64,000 nt of DNA from Pristiophorus japonicus (lineage: Eukaryota), in assembly GCF_044704955.1 (NCBI RefSeq), contig NC_091981.1:273730001-273794000 (forward strand), read 5' to 3'. How positions within the stretch are numbered: the stretch's first letter is position 1; each line of letters starts with the position of its first letter. Both the position numbers and the translations under genes were made by a program. A model generated the notes under the pieces. The model saw nothing but the letters and a program-made list of their open reading frames with translations, had not been told where the DNA came from and did no database searches. Shown in pieces: positions 63,190 through 64,000 of this stretch.

Positions 63190-64000
63190 CTCTTTTGGGG
63201 GGGAACAAAATAAACATTAGATCAAGTGCCCCCCCGATCTAGGGGACAATCCAGACACTTTTAACTGCCCTCTTTTTTAATATTTTTTGTTTCTTTGGGG
63301 GGTTTTTTTGTGATTTTTTTGGGGCATTAAAATTATATATTTTACAAGTGCCCCCTATAAAAGGGGAGGGGACACTAAAAACCCGGCAATTAAAACAAAT
63401 TAAACTTTAAAACATGTAAAATCAAATTAAAATTTGGTTGCCGGGGGTGTTAATACACTCCAGTCCCTCAGGCGCCCACCTCTCGCGGAAGGCCGCGAGC
63501 ATACCAGTGGACACCGCGTGCTCCATCTCCAGGGACACCCTGGCCCGGATGTAAGCACGGAAGAGAGGCAGGCAGTCAGGCTGAACGACCCCCTCGACCG
63601 CCCGCTGCCTGGACCGGCTGATGGCACCCTTGGACGTGCCCAGGAGCAGTCCTACAAGGAGGCCCTCGGACCTACCCGCTCCCCTCCGCACAGGGTGCCC
63701 AAAGATCAGGAGTGTGAGACTGAAGTGCAGCCAGAAATTGAGGAGCAGCCCCTTTAAATAATGGAACAGGGGCTGCAACCTTGTGCACTCAATAAAAACA
63801 TGGAACACGGACTCCTCCAGACTGCAGAAATTGCAGGCGGCCTGGGAGCCCGTGAACCGGCTTAAAAATTTGTTGCACGGGACTGCTCCGTGCACCACCC
63901 TCCAGGCCAAGTCCCCGATAAATAGTGGGAGGACTCCCGCGTAGAGTGCACTCCATCGGGGACCCCTGCATCCTCCGGACGGCAAGATGGTACGCCATGG
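63190..64000 (-). mobile_element. Tx1/L1-clade non-LTR retrotransposon 3' end (runs off the window)
   Basis: ORF 63422..63985 with DLAWRVVHGAV...CNFC...ESVFHVFIEC CCHC zinc knuckle typical of the L1/Tx1 ORF2 C-terminus; structured 3' UTR. Confidence 0.85.

Overview
Eukaryotic, repeat-dense vertebrate DNA, most likely a cartilaginous fish (shark). That is inferred from CR1 LINEs with (CATAGAAA)n/(CATAGAAT)n tails, tRNA-headed SINEs with L2-type tails, and L2, RTE and Tx1 fragments. The one clearly recognisable host gene is DPP6 (Kv4 channel auxiliary subunit) on the minus strand. Its long-isoform first coding exon (MASLYQRITGQINTSRSY...) lies at 45284-45475 in a CpG-rich promoter region, so everything to the left is intronic. 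A second, 19-codon, phase-0 candidate alternative first exon lies at 11854-11910. Most remaining ORFs belong to retrotransposons, several nested in one another. Notable structures: two CR1 copies that carry an inverted duplicate of their own 3' end, a multi-layer Harbinger/CR1/RTE nest, degenerate hammerhead-like motifs in inverted-repeat (Penelope-type) elements, a chimeric CR1 3' UTR, twin stem-loops in a Tx1 3' UTR, and three tandem-repeat arrays. I see no prokaryotic-type system such as CRISPR. Coordinates of old repeats are approximate, and family letters (CR1-A to E) are my own working labels.
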